A stretch of 64,000 bases of DNA, taken from contig CAZPGQ010000001.1 in assembly GCA_964586695.1 (NCBI GenBank), positions 5,350-69,349 on the forward strand, given 5' to 3'. The notes below the pieces were generated by a model. The model saw nothing but the letters and a program-made list of their open reading frames with translations. It had not been told where the DNA came from and did no database searches. The DNA comes from an uncultured Candidatus Saccharibacteria bacterium. GTDB lineage: Bacteria; Patescibacteriota; Minisyncoccia; Phycocordibacterales; DATDWN01. Made by a program: the position numbers and the translations under genes. Positions within the stretch are counted from its first letter, which is position 1, and every line of letters begins with the position of its first letter. This document shows positions 27,490 to 36,809 of this stretch, in pieces.

Positions 27490-28389
27490 TTATTTCTGAT
27501 GCGTATCGCAAAAGTGACTACTTCTTCCACCTATAATTTTTCTATTTATAATTCCGCCACAGTTTTTCTTCAGACATTTCTGACCTGTTCTCCTGTAAAC
27601 TTTGTGTGCGTTTTGAAAGTTTCCTTTTTCACCATAAACATTTCTGTAGTCCGACATAGAGTCACCACCCATTGTTATGGAATGTTCTAGTATTTCTATT
27701 GTGGCTTTCCAGATATCTTTTATTTCTTTTGCGGTCAAACTTTTTGGAGTTCTTTCTGGGTGGACATTTGCTGTCCAAAGTATTTCGTCAGAATATATAT
27801 TTCCTATTCCAGCTACAACACCTTGGTCCATTAGAACAGTTTTAATATCCCAGTTTGGTTTTGTTAGGATCTGTTTTTCCAAAGTTTCTTTTGAAAGACT
27901 GTCGAGAGGTTCTGGGCCAAGTCCAACTAGGTCAATATGAGATTCTTTTTTATCGGTCTCAAACATTAAAACTTTTGCGAACTTTCTCATGTCAGAAAAA
28001 GCTAGCGACTTTCCATTTGAAAGGTTGAAAATAAGGTGCACGAACTGGTTGAATGAATCAGAGAGTCGGGGATCTTCTGTAACCCACTTTTTACCGTTCC
28101 AACTGTAGTTTCCATATAGTAGGTGCCCAGTCATTTTCATATGGATTAGGACAGTTTTATTGTTAGTAAAATGTATCAAAACATTCTTACCTCTTCTTTC
28201 TGAGTTAATAAACTTTTCACCAACTAATTCCTTTTTGAATTTCTCAAAATATTTTTTGTTCTTTATGTTATCAGTTCTCTTGTTTGCCGTTTTTATAAAA
28301 TAGTCAGACCACACATCCTTTATAGAAAGTTTTTTCATGACTTCATTCAGTCCATTTACAGTAGTTGTTACTTCTGGTAATTCAGGCAT
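27490..28389 (-). CDS. mutM: Formamidopyrimidine-DNA glycosylase / endonuclease VIII family (Fpg/Nei)
   Basis: Starts MPELPEV (catalytic Pro2, Glu3). C-terminal zinc finger CLKKNCGG...HFCDTHQ. Confidence 0.85.
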   Translation of the reverse strand: MPELPEVTTTVNGLNEVMKKLSIKDVWSDYFIKTANKRTDNIKNKKYFEKFKKELVGEKFINSERRGKNVLIHFTNNKTVLIHMKMTGHLLYGNYSWNGKKWVTEDPRLSDSFNQFVHLIFNLSNGKSLAFSDMRKFAKVLMFETDKKESHIDLVGLGPEPLDSLSKETLEKQILTKPNWDIKTVLMDQGVVAGIGNIYSDEILWTANVHPERTPKSLTAKEIKDIWKATIEILEHSITMGGDSMSDYRNVYGEKGNFQNAHKVYRRTGQKCLKKNCGGIINRKIIGGRSSHFCDTHQK

Positions 28390-28392
28390 GGA

Positions 28393-28953
28393 TTATGATA
28401 AGAGTTTAAGGGCTTTTTTGACCTTGTCTCCAGTGTCTTTTGCATCAGTAACTTTTTTCAAAGCCTCGCGGGCTTCCTTTTCTCCGTATCCAAGAGATTT
28501 CAGAGCTTCTAGTGCATCAACATCTCCGGAAACAAACTCTGTTCCATCTGAAGTCCAACCATCCAGTTTATCTTTTAATTCAAGTACTATTTTTTCTGCA
28601 TTCTTTTTTCCAACACCAGAGACTTTTGTTAGGTGACTAGTGTCCCCAGTAGATATAGCATGCTTTAGGTTTTGTATTGTGGCTACAGAAAGTATCCCCA
28701 TTGCAGACTTTGGCCCAATACCAGATACAGTCAAAAGTAGCTCAAAGAAGTTTAACTCTTCTTTTGTCGAGAATCCATAGAGATCTAGTGCGTTTTCTCT
28801 AACTGCCAAATACGTCCAAAACTCGAGGATTTTGCCTGTCTGGCTATCCAAACTGGCTGTATTTGTGTGGATTTTGTAGCCAACACCAGAGACATCGAGA
28901 ATAATAGACTTAAGATCTTGGTGGATTAGTGTGCCTTTCAGATGTCCTATCAT
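28393..28953 (-). CDS. ruvA: Holliday junction DNA helicase subunit RuvA
   Basis: MIGHLKGTL...VSGVGYKIH, HhH motifs LLTVSGIGPKSAMGIL, and a C-terminal domain III. Confidence 0.85.
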   Translation of the reverse strand: MIGHLKGTLIHQDLKSIILDVSGVGYKIHTNTASLDSQTGKILEFWTYLAVRENALDLYGFSTKEELNFFELLLTVSGIGPKSAMGILSVATIQNLKHAISTGDTSHLTKVSGVGKKNAEKIVLELKDKLDGWTSDGTEFVSGDVDALEALKSLGYGEKEAREALKKVTDAKDTGDKVKKALKLLS

Positions 28954-29024
28954 GGCTTTATAATACTCTATTTGCAGGGAAGGGGCTATTGTCTTTTTTG
29001 GGATTCTGTTATAGTATGACGCTC

Positions 29025-29288
29025 ATGCCAATAACAAAGTCAGCTAAAAAAGCTCTACGCGGTTCTGAAAAGAAACGATCTTTCAACATAAACAAGAAAG
29101 AGCTAATTAACAAAGCAGTAAAAAAGGTAAAGAAACTAGTTGCCGACAAGAAGGTAAAGGAGGCTATGGCTATGATGCCAGAGGTTCAGAAGATACTAGA
29201 TAAGTCAGTAAAGACAGGACTTTTGAAACTTAACACAGCTTCAAGAAAGAAATCTCGAATCGTAGCAATGATAAAGAAAGCAAAATAA
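29025..29288 (+). CDS. rpsT: 30S ribosomal protein S20
   Basis: MPITKSAKKALRGSEKKRSFNINKK... is a lysine/arginine-rich S20-type helical protein of 87 aa. The track ORF starts further upstream; the internal Met is chosen as the start. Confidence 0.75.
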   Translation: MPITKSAKKALRGSEKKRSFNINKKELINKAVKKVKKLVADKKVKEAMAMMPEVQKILDKSVKTGLLKLNTASRKKSRIVAMIKKAK

Positions 29289-29290
29289 CA

Positions 29291-29318
29291 AAAAACCTCC
29301 CGCTCGGGAGGTTTTTTG
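29291..29318 (+). terminator. Bidirectional rho-independent terminator
   Basis: AAAAACCTCCCGCTCGGGAGGTTTTTTG. Confidence 0.65.
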
Positions 29319-29353
29319 TTATAAAGAGTTTTTTATGATATTTTTGTTTTATT

Positions 29354-29425
29354 GCTCTCGTAGTTTAATGGATAGAATGTCGGCCTGCGAAGCTGGCGAT
29401 CCAGGTTCGATTCCTGGCGAGAGCA
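29354..29425 (+). tRNA. tRNA-Arg with anticodon GCG (hand-folded), no CCA encoded
   Basis: Acceptor GCTCTCG/CGAGAGC. D arm with GG. Anticodon stem-loop TCGGC-CTGCGAA-GCTGG, giving U33 and GCG at positions 34-36. T arm CCAGG-TTCGATT-CCTGG. Discriminator A. Arg identity elements C35, G36 and A73 are present. The acceptor and D arm are nearly identical to the tRNA-Arg(TCT) at 34976-35047. Confidence 0.6.
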
Positions 29426-29437
29426 CAGTAAAATTAT

Positions 29438-29899
29438 TTAGAATCCTAAATATACTAGTAGTTTTTCCAAGAAGGGTTCTGCATGTTCCTCTTCGGGCAG
29501 GTGTTGTTTAAGTAAGTTTCTAACATCCTCAGGATGAACTTGGTTCTCTTCAATAAAAATTATTATAAGTGGCATAAAAACCTTTTTAGATTTTATCAGT
29601 ATTCTGTCATTGTTTTCTCTTGTTTCAACCCAGAATGAATCCAAGTTTCTGTATGGATACATTGTCTTGCCAACCCTAATCCCCATATCGTCAACATCAA
29701 CTTCCACAAGGTTTGGTTTCTTTGATGCAAAAAGCATTAATGTAAATGATGAAACTATAATCAAGATAGCAAAAATAATATTGTTCATTATTATAGAAAC
29801 AATTGCGATAGAGATAGAAACTATACTTACGATCCAATACCAATCTGTTGTTTTTTCTTGATGTAAATATTCTATTGTTGTCCAAGATAATTTTTCCAT
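29438..29899 (-). CDS. Hypothetical membrane protein
   Basis: Two N-terminal TM helices then a soluble domain. No motif. Confidence 0.45.
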   Translation of the reverse strand: MEKLSWTTIEYLHQEKTTDWYWIVSIVSISIAIVSIIMNNIIFAILIIVSSFTLMLFASKKPNLVEVDVDDMGIRVGKTMYPYRNLDSFWVETRENNDRILIKSKKVFMPLIIIFIEENQVHPEDVRNLLKQHLPEEEHAEPFLEKLLVYLGF

Positions 29900-29900
29900 A

Positions 29901-30365
29901 TTATGAGAATGTTAATGGTGTAGAACTTTTTTCTGATAAATTAATTTTAAGTGATGACCAGACTGTAAAAGCGCAGGCAATCAGTGCAATATTCTTTATT
30001 ATATACTGTCCCTCGAGAGTTGGCACCATTATATATTGCCATGCAGATGCTTTTAGGAAAAATAGTGGAAGCATTGTTGTAACCATGTGTATAAATAGGG
30101 TATAGATAGCCCATTTTTCCTTTCCAGGAATAATAAAAAGTATACCAATAATAACTTCTATAATTCCAAAGACAACAACGAACATGTTTGGTGAGATAAA
30201 AGAAAGATGCAGAACTTTTAACATTGGGCCCAAAGTTTCTTTGAAAAGTTCTTGAACAAGTCCGCTGGCAGGGGATATGCCTATGACTTTCAAAATCCCA
30301 AACCAAAAGTATATGACAAATAAAGCAATGCGAGACAACAAAACAGATGTTTGTTTCAAATTCAT
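29901..30365 (-). CDS. Hypothetical polytopic membrane protein (DoxX/DUF417-like)
   Basis: Four hydrophobic helices in 154 aa. Confidence 0.4.
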   Translation of the reverse strand: MNLKQTSVLLSRIALFVIYFWFGILKVIGISPASGLVQELFKETLGPMLKVLHLSFISPNMFVVVFGIIEVIIGILFIIPGKEKWAIYTLFIHMVTTMLPLFFLKASAWQYIMVPTLEGQYIIKNIALIACAFTVWSSLKINLSEKSSTPLTFS

Positions 30366-30412
30366 ATTTTAATTATACAAGAAAACAATAAAAGAAAAAA
30401 CGCTTTTATATA

Positions 30413-30811
30413 TTAAGCTAATTTATATATCTCAAAAGCCATAAAAAATATAGAAAAGATAACTACTACGATAACAAAACAATACTGCATATAGTATATC
30501 CAAGGATGTTTTACTTCCATATTCACATTTTTAATATTGTTATATTCAGCTTGTTTTAAAATTTTTTTCTTATTAATTCCTGCAAATGTGTACATTGTCT
30601 GGATCAGTATGTCGGCCATTTCTTCATCTTTGATTTGAGAAATAAATAGGCCTATCATGGTGGCAATTACCGTTATTATTATAAATAATTTTGCAGGGAA
30701 ATTTTCAAAAATTTGGTTTGTATATATAAAGTACGTAAGTGAAAAAACTATAATGCATAGTGAAATTAAAAATGAAACCAGTCTTAATTCACTAATTTTT
30801 TCTTTATTCAT
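30413..30811 (-). CDS. Hypothetical membrane protein
   Basis: Three or four TM helices. No motif. Confidence 0.4.
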   Translation of the reverse strand: MNKEKISELRLVSFLISLCIIVFSLTYFIYTNQIFENFPAKLFIIITVIATMIGLFISQIKDEEMADILIQTMYTFAGINKKKILKQAEYNNIKNVNMEVKHPWIYYMQYCFVIVVVIFSIFFMAFEIYKLA

Positions 30812-30869
30812 GATTATATTTTATCAAATATTGGTTTGTGAACGTGTATCACAGCGCCATCTGTAGACT

Positions 30870-31313
30870 TTATATCGCTTCGTATTGAGCTGTTGAGTAG
30901 CCTTCGTCTTCTACAGATTCATCAACCTTTCCTTCGTCTACAAGACGAGCCAAGCCTTCTTGAACCAAATAATCCCAAGCTTTTTTTGAGCGTCTGCTTA
31001 ATTTAGATTCTGTTGATTTAAATGTAATATTTTTCTGTTTAAGGTAGTCAATAATTTTTACATACGCAGCTCGTCCATATCCTCTTCCTCTAGCACCATT
31101 AACATTAATGGTATTTAGATATGCAACCCCTGCTTCTTTATTTGGTGACCATTTGATTAATAATGTAAAATTACCAATCTTTTCTCCATTCTCATTTTTA
31201 ATAGAAAAATCTTCGTCGGCCATTCTACCTTTTGCAATTTTCTGCTTTGGGCTAAGATTTTGTTCTATAGAAACTGTTGGCAGGATTCTTTCTGACGTTG
31301 GTACTCTTTCCAT
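30870..31313 (-). CDS. GNAT family N-acetyltransferase
   Basis: GARGRGYGRAAYVKII matches the acetyl-CoA binding motif A (R/Q-x-x-G-x-G/A). Confidence 0.5.
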   Translation of the reverse strand: MERVPTSERILPTVSIEQNLSPKQKIAKGRMADEDFSIKNENGEKIGNFTLLIKWSPNKEAGVAYLNTINVNGARGRGYGRAAYVKIIDYLKQKNITFKSTESKLSRRSKKAWDYLVQEGLARLVDEGKVDESVEDEGYSTAQYEAI

Positions 31314-31387
31314 ATTAATATTCTATCAAAGTTTATATATTGTCGCATGCACGAAAAATGACTCAATATTTGAGCCATTCTTTGAGT

Positions 31388-31473
31388 GCGGAGGTGGTGG
31401 GATTCGAACTCACGGTGCCTTGCGGCACTCTCGTTTTCAAGACGAGCGCACTAGACCACTATGCGACACCTCC
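31388..31473 (-). tRNA. tRNA-Ser (anticodon TGA), type II with long variable arm
   Basis: Reverse complement folds as acceptor GGAGGTG/CACCTCC, D arm GCA-TAGTGGTCTAG-TGC, anticodon arm CTCGT-CTTGAAA-ACGAG, variable arm GTGCC-GCAA-GGCAC, T arm GTGAG-TTCGAAT-CCCAC, discriminator G. Confidence 0.75.
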
Positions 31474-31477
31474 GTAT

Positions 31478-31714
31478 TTATTTAACTTCTTCTACTTCAA
31501 CTGTGTACTTTCGTGCCACAAAGAAAATGTAGAATATATCTAGGATACCGATTGTGTTTGCAAGCAAAATCACAATAAACCATTTTTTGTGTGAAAGCCT
31601 TGCTGCTTTCCACAGGGCAACACCTTTCCAAGGTATAGTCCACACTATTATGGTTGCCATAAGCCAAAGGGGAACCTGTATTCCACCATTTATGCTTTGA
31701 AGCAAAGTATCCAT
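31478..31714 (-). CDS. Small two-TM membrane protein
   Basis: 78 aa with two hydrophobic helices and a basic loop. Confidence 0.4.
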   Translation of the reverse strand: MDTLLQSINGGIQVPLWLMATIIVWTIPWKGVALWKAARLSHKKWFIVILLANTIGILDIFYIFFVARKYTVEVEEVK

Positions 31715-31778
31715 AGGGGCTATAATATCAAAAAACCCATATAATGCAATTCATTTTGTTTTAGGGTAAAGTAGAGTT

Positions 31779-32162
31779 ATGAAATATTTGGGCATTGATT
31801 ATGGTCTAAAAAACGTGGGTGTGGCCATTTCTGACGAAAGGCTAAAGTTCGCGTATCCACTGGTTGTATTGCAGAATTCCGATATATTGATTTTTGATAT
31901 AGGTAGGATCTGTAAGGAGAATAAAATCGTGGGTATTGTGGTTGGGGACTCAAAAGATTTTAGACAAAGAGACAACGAGATAATGAAAGTAGTAAAACCT
32001 TTTGCAGAAAGACTTGAGAGGGAACTCCAGATACCGGTATATTTTCACCCAGAGTTTATGACTTCAGTAGAAGCCGAGAGATTACAAGGAAAAAACAATA
32101 TGCATGACGCTTCTGCAGCAGCGTTAATATTAAAAAGTTATTTAGAAACACATTATGGATAA
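31779..32162 (+). CDS. ruvX: Holliday junction resolvase-like protein RuvX/YqgF
   Basis: MKYLGIDYGLKNVGVAISD N-terminus (catalytic Asp). 127 aa. Confidence 0.8.
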   Translation: MKYLGIDYGLKNVGVAISDERLKFAYPLVVLQNSDILIFDIGRICKENKIVGIVVGDSKDFRQRDNEIMKVVKPFAERLERELQIPVYFHPEFMTSVEAERLQGKNNMHDASAAALILKSYLETHYG

Positions 32163-32517
32163 TATAGAAACAAAACCAACAATAACAATAGATGACTTTC
32201 ATAAACTAGATATAAAGATAGGTCATATTTTATCCGCAGAAAAAATAGAAGGTGCAGATAAACTTCTGAAACTGTCTGTTGATATGGGAGAAGAGAAACC
32301 ACGACAAATAGTCTCTGGAATTTCATTATATTTTCCAGATCCACAAAATTTGGTAGGAAAAAAATGTGCATTTGCTGCAAATCTTGAGCCAAGAGTGATA
32401 AGAGGCCTTGAAAGTCAGGGAATGATACTTGCTGTTAGTGGTGGTGAAGGGGATTCATCATTTTTTTCATTACTTGAAACAAATGAAAAAGTTTTCCCAG
32501 GTTCTTCTGTGAAATAA
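32155..32517 (+). CDS. tRNA-binding domain protein (CsaA/EMAP/Myf-type OB fold)
   Basis: ITIDDFHKLDIKIGHILSAEKIEGADKLLKLSVDMGEE...RQIVSGI is the tRNA_bind domain signature. Confidence 0.7.
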   Translation: MDNIETKPTITIDDFHKLDIKIGHILSAEKIEGADKLLKLSVDMGEEKPRQIVSGISLYFPDPQNLVGKKCAFAANLEPRVIRGLESQGMILAVSGGEGDSSFFSLLETNEKVFPGSSVK

Positions 32518-32557
32518 CTCCTGTTTTTGAATTTATTTCTGGTATATAATTGAACTA

Positions 32558-33526
32558 ATGAAGTTCAATAAAATTTTTGATGCATTTCCTACACCAAAAT
32601 TTTTGGATATCCCATATGCGGGACTTTCTATATCTGATTCTGCTGTTCGTTGTATGCAATTTGGCAAAAAAGGTGGTGGGCTATATATAGAAAAGTACAC
32701 AGAAAAGGCACTACCTGTCGGTGTTATGACTAATGGTCAGATAAATAATCAAGAAGAGATAATAAAAGTAGTTTCTGAAATAAAAAAAGAGCTTAACCTA
32801 GATTATGTAAAAGTTTCTCTACCGGAAGAGAGAGCATATCTTTTTACAGCAAAAATTCCTGTAGTAGAAAAAGAAGAACTTAGAAGCGCGATAGAGTCAA
32901 AAATGGAGGAGAATGTTCCAGTTTCTCCATTGGAACTAACTTTTGACTACAACCTTTTTTACCACAAACAGAAAGAGCATCTAGATGTTTCTGTGTCTGC
33001 TATACCAATAAGTTTGATAGACCAATACGTAGATATAATGCAAAAGTCAGGACTCTCACTTTTGTCTCTTGAAATAGAGTCACAAGCTATTGTTAGTTCT
33101 CTTTTGCCAAAAAATAATCAAGGAACAACTCTGGTTGTGCATTTTAGTCCAGACAAAGTCGGTCTATACGTTTCTTATTATAGAGTTGTTTTGTTTACAT
33201 CTACTATCCAAACAAAAGGGGAGTACGCAAATAATCCAAGCTTTCTGCTTCAAGAAATTAAAAAATTATATACATACTGGCACACCTTAAAAGAAAATGT
33301 TGATAAGGATGATAAAAAAATATCTCAGATTTTTGTATGTGGAGAAAAATTCGAAGACAGCATGATTTCATATCTTGCTTCTCATCTTGATACGCCTGTA
33401 GGTTTGGGGAATGTGTGGACAAATGTGTTTGATATAGATAAAAACCTTCCAGAAATATCTTTTAATGATTCTCTAAAGTATTCTGGTCCGATTGGTCTTG
33501 CTTTGCCAAGAGATATATTAATATAA
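32558..33526 (+). CDS. pilM: Type IV pilus assembly protein PilM-like (actin-like ATPase fold)
   Basis: N-terminus FPTPKFLDIPYAGLSISDSAVRCMQF is typical of PilM. 322 aa. Followed by small TM proteins in PilN/PilO positions. Confidence 0.6.
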   Translation: MKFNKIFDAFPTPKFLDIPYAGLSISDSAVRCMQFGKKGGGLYIEKYTEKALPVGVMTNGQINNQEEIIKVVSEIKKELNLDYVKVSLPEERAYLFTAKIPVVEKEELRSAIESKMEENVPVSPLELTFDYNLFYHKQKEHLDVSVSAIPISLIDQYVDIMQKSGLSLLSLEIESQAIVSSLLPKNNQGTTLVVHFSPDKVGLYVSYYRVVLFTSTIQTKGEYANNPSFLLQEIKKLYTYWHTLKENVDKDDKKISQIFVCGEKFEDSMISYLASHLDTPVGLGNVWTNVFDIDKNLPEISFNDSLKYSGPIGLALPRDILI

Positions 33527-33527
33527 A

Positions 33528-34070
33528 ATGTTTAATTTATTACCAGAAAAAATAAGAGCAGAAATCCGAAAGGAGTACAATCACAGACGACTCGTGATGA
33601 TTTTGGTTTTTGTTATTTTTCTTCAAGTTGCATTTACTATATTTCTTTTTCCGACATGGCTTATGTCTGTAAACAAGGAAAAGGATGTAATAATACGAAG
33701 TGAAGATATGAATAAAAATCTTTCAAATCTTAATATTGCTTCTACTACAGCCAACATAAAATCGATAAATACTCAGCTAACAATAATCGATAACAAATTG
33801 CAGTATCCAGATATCGTTTCATTTATAAATCTTGTCTTATCAAAAAAGGCGACATCAACTACAATTTCTGACATTGTTTTTGTGGTAAATAGCGCCAAAA
33901 AAATGAATATTAATTTACAGGGGGTTTCTGCCACACGTGATACTTTGTCTGCCTTTTCAAAAAATTTACAGAAGATAGAGGAATTTAAAGCTGTAGATGT
34001 GCCACTATCTAGTTATACAAAAGATAAGAACCTTAGTTTTTCAGTTGAGATAAAAATAGAAACTAAATAG
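33528..34070 (+). CDS. PilN-like single-pass membrane protein
   Basis: Short cytoplasmic N-terminus, TM helix LVMILVFVIFLQVAFTIFLF and a periplasmic domain. Position after pilM. Confidence 0.45.
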   Translation: MFNLLPEKIRAEIRKEYNHRRLVMILVFVIFLQVAFTIFLFPTWLMSVNKEKDVIIRSEDMNKNLSNLNIASTTANIKSINTQLTIIDNKLQYPDIVSFINLVLSKKATSTTISDIVFVVNSAKKMNINLQGVSATRDTLSAFSKNLQKIEEFKAVDVPLSSYTKDKNLSFSVEIKIETK

Positions 34071-34071
34071 T

Positions 34072-34635
34072 ATGAAAAACTCTAAATCATTAAAAGGAAT
34101 AATTATAATGCTTTCATTATTTGTCTTGGTATTATTTGTGGCTCAGTATTTTGTATATAGAGATATCAAGATAAAGAATCAAAAAATTTCTGTTTTAGAA
34201 AGAGACCTTTCTTTGCAAGAGAATAGACAGGAGTATCTTATTTCAACAGAGAAACTAATTAACACAATGAGTTCTGATTTGGAAAAAATAGATAACTCTA
34301 TCCTAGCTTCTGACGGGGAAGTATCATTTATTAACAGCCTAGAAGATCTTGCCGAAAAGAATAATCTAAAGTTAGAGCCAGAATTTCTGGGCAGTGATGA
34401 AAATGATGCTTCGTTAAAGAATACAAACATAAAGACTTTTGTAATTAGGGCAAAAATAACAGGTTCTTGGGTAGATACATATACATTTATATCGGAGCTA
34501 GAGTCCAATCCAATAAAAATAAAAATTAATAAACTGGCTCTTTCAAATGTTTCGTTAGATTCAGGGATAGATGTTAAGAAACTTGGACAGAGATGGCAGA
34601 GTATATTTGAAATAGTTGTATTAAAATATAAATAA
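34072..34635 (+). CDS. PilO-like membrane protein
   Basis: N-terminal TM helix, then a coiled-coil, then a C-terminal domain. Synteny with pilM/pilN. Confidence 0.4.
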   Translation: MKNSKSLKGIIIMLSLFVLVLFVAQYFVYRDIKIKNQKISVLERDLSLQENRQEYLISTEKLINTMSSDLEKIDNSILASDGEVSFINSLEDLAEKNNLKLEPEFLGSDENDASLKNTNIKTFVIRAKITGSWVDTYTFISELESNPIKIKINKLALSNVSLDSGIDVKKLGQRWQSIFEIVVLKYK

Positions 34636-34636
34636 A

Positions 34637-34972
34637 ATGTCAGAACTATTTAAAAAAATTAAATCTTTGTTTAGTAAGTCAAAAAAAACAGAAAGTACTT
34701 ACGATAAAGCAGGGATCAGTCCAAAGAAAGATTGGTTTATTATATTACTTTCTGTATTTCTTATTTTGGTTATTCTTGTGGGTATTGCAGTTTATTTTTA
34801 TTTACAAATAAGTGCTGGAAATCTTTTTAAAGCCAAAGCAGGATCCTCTGATAATGAAGTAAAGATAAACCAAGTGTTGTTAGATAAAACTATTTCAGAA
34901 ACAAAACGTCGAAATGATTTTATTAATCAGATAAAGAGTGGGGAGGCTATTCCAAAGGACCCGTCTATTTAA
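34637..34972 (+). CDS. Hypothetical single-pass membrane protein in the pilus gene cluster
   Basis: TM helix FIILLSVFLILVILVGIAVYFYL. No motif. Confidence 0.35.
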   Translation: MSELFKKIKSLFSKSKKTESTYDKAGISPKKDWFIILLSVFLILVILVGIAVYFYLQISAGNLFKAKAGSSDNEVKINQVLLDKTISETKRRNDFINQIKSGEAIPKDPSI

Positions 34973-34975
34973 TTG

Positions 34976-35047
34976 TGCTCTCGGTAAGAATCGAACTTAC
35001 ATCAGCGGCTTAGAAGTCCGCGGTTCTATCCATTGAACTACGAGAGC
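34976..35047 (-). tRNA. tRNA-Arg (anticodon TCT)
   Basis: Reverse complement folds as acceptor GCTCTCG/CGAGAGC, D arm GTTC-AATGGAT-AGAAC, anticodon arm GCGGA-CTTCTAA-GCCGC, T arm GTAAG-TTCGATT-CTTAC, discriminator A. Confidence 0.75.
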
Positions 35048-35243
35048 AATGGCAATACATTAACATAAAATATGGATTTAGAAAATGGTGTTTCAAGGAC
35101 TCGACTCTTACAGAGTCGGTACACCTTTTCTGTTTTTATTTCACTTTGTTCATAAAAACTATCAAAGGTTTTCGAGTCCTGACGAAATTGCCACCGGCAA
35201 TTTCTTATCGCCACGCAAAAATCCGCCAAAGCGGATTTTCCTG

Positions 35244-35316
35244 TGCGCGATACAGGACTCGAACCTGTGACCTACCCGGTGTAAACGGGTTGCTCTACCA
35301 ACTGAGCTAACCGCGC
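35244..35316 (-). tRNA. tRNA-Val (anticodon TAC)
   Basis: Reverse complement folds as acceptor GCGCGGT/ATCGCGC, D arm GCTC-AGTTGGTA-GAGC, anticodon arm ACCCG-TTTACAC-CGGGT, T arm ACAGG-TTCGAGT-CCTGT, discriminator A. The terminator hairpin AAAATCCGC-TTTG-GCGGATTTT lies downstream on the minus strand at about 35200-35225. Confidence 0.8.
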
Positions 35317-35374
35317 GATGCATCCAGAATAACTCATATTGTCTCTTTTGTAAAATGACGCTACAATGGTCTAA

Positions 35375-36058
35375 ATGAAAACTCCGAACTGTATCGGGAT
35401 AATAATGGACGGGAATCGTCGCTGGGCTAAAAATAAAGGACTTCCAGTATTGGAGGGTCATAGAGCTGGTGGTAAGACTCTAAAGGATATCGTTAGATGG
35501 ACAAAGGATGCTGGTGTAAAACATCTTATTCTCTATACTTTTTCGACTGAAAATTGGAACCGAACAGAAGAGGAAGTCACATATCTACTTAACCTAATAG
35601 GAGAATTTATTGGAAAAGAGTTTGCCCACTTTAACAGCGAGGGTGGAGTGATGCATTTTGTTGGTGACCTATCTCGTTTTTCACCAGAACTACAAAAAAC
35701 ACTTATTGATGTAAGAGATAAAACTGCAAACAATACTGGTGTTAATATTTATTTCGCACTTAACTATGGTGGCAGACAAGAAATACTTTCTGCTGTAAAA
35801 AAAATAGTAGAAGAAAATCCAGTACAAGAAATCATTACAGACGAATATTTCGCAAAACATTTGCAGACAGGGGATATGCCAGATCCAGATATTATTATTA
35901 GAACTTCTGGAGAGATGAGACTTTCGGGCTTTTTGCCATGGCAAGGTGTATACAGTGAATTGTTTTTTACAAAAACGCTTTGGCCTGATTTTTCTAAAGA
36001 AGAGTTTATGAAAATAATAGAAGAGTATGGAGAGAGGGATAGGAGAATTGGTAAATAA
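35375..36058 (+). CDS. uppS: Undecaprenyl diphosphate synthase (isoprenyl transferase)
   Basis: GIIMDGNRRWAK...GH.AG and the conserved NYGGR / RTSGE...SGFLPWQ motifs. Confidence 0.85.
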   Translation: MKTPNCIGIIMDGNRRWAKNKGLPVLEGHRAGGKTLKDIVRWTKDAGVKHLILYTFSTENWNRTEEEVTYLLNLIGEFIGKEFAHFNSEGGVMHFVGDLSRFSPELQKTLIDVRDKTANNTGVNIYFALNYGGRQEILSAVKKIVEENPVQEIITDEYFAKHLQTGDMPDPDIIIRTSGEMRLSGFLPWQGVYSELFFTKTLWPDFSKEEFMKIIEEYGERDRRIGK

Positions 36059-36064
36059 ATCTAA

Positions 36065-36784
36065 ATGAATCCAACAATTTTATACGAAGATAATGACATT
36101 TTGGCTATTAATAAACCAGCCGGATTAGTTGTTCATAGTGATGGAAAAACAAATGAACCAAATTTGGTAGATTGGTTACTTTCAAAGTATCAAGATATAA
36201 AAAATGTAGGTGAGCCTGGTAGAAACGCAAAAGGTGAGGAAGTCTTGCGTTCCGGGATAGTTCATCGTTTAGATAGAGACACGTCTGGTGTAATGCTTGT
36301 GGCAAAGACACAAGAAGCTTTTGAAAGTCTAAAGTCTCAATTTCAAAATCATGAAATACAAAAAACATACCACGCCTTTTTGCTGGGTGAGCTAAAAACA
36401 GATAAGGGAACAATAGACCGACCAATAGGTCGAAGCAGTCGTGATTTTCGAATGTGGTCTGCACAAAGAGGGGCTAGGGGTGAACTCCGAGAGGCTGTAA
36501 CCGACTACAAAGTTTTAAATAGAAATAACGGCTATACATTTGTAGAAGTAAGTCCCAAAACAGGTAGAACACATCAGATTAGGGTGCATTTTAAGGCCAT
36601 AAACTATCCACTTATCGGTGACCCATTATATGCACCTACAAAGGAAAATAAGCTAGGCTTCGATAGAACCGCTCTGCATTCATATCAGGTAGTCTTTGTT
36701 GGGGTAGATGGGGTAAACCACACTGTTGTGGCTCCGTATCCAGAGGACTTTTCTTCTGCTATGGCTCTGTTGCAAAGCGCTTAG
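36065..36784 (+). CDS. RluA family pseudouridine synthase
   Basis: ILAINKPAGLVVH ... HRLDRDTSGVMLVAK catalytic Asp motif. Confidence 0.8.
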   Translation: MNPTILYEDNDILAINKPAGLVVHSDGKTNEPNLVDWLLSKYQDIKNVGEPGRNAKGEEVLRSGIVHRLDRDTSGVMLVAKTQEAFESLKSQFQNHEIQKTYHAFLLGELKTDKGTIDRPIGRSSRDFRMWSAQRGARGELREAVTDYKVLNRNNGYTFVEVSPKTGRTHQIRVHFKAINYPLIGDPLYAPTKENKLGFDRTALHSYQVVFVGVDGVNHTVVAPYPEDFSSAMALLQSA

Positions 36785-36809
36785 GGTTGTGTTAGATTAC
36801 TAGCTACTT

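Noticed and set aside
31108-31543. ORFs 31108-31485 (+) and 31340-31543 (+)
   Set aside because: They overlap the GNAT gene on the opposite strand and the tRNA-Ser. Composition is typical of antisense frames.
35162-35461. 99-aa minus-strand ORF (contains AVSSVGRATRLHRVGHRFESC)
   Set aside because: Classic translation artefact across a tRNA gene (tRNA-Val). It overlaps tRNA-Val and the uppS start.
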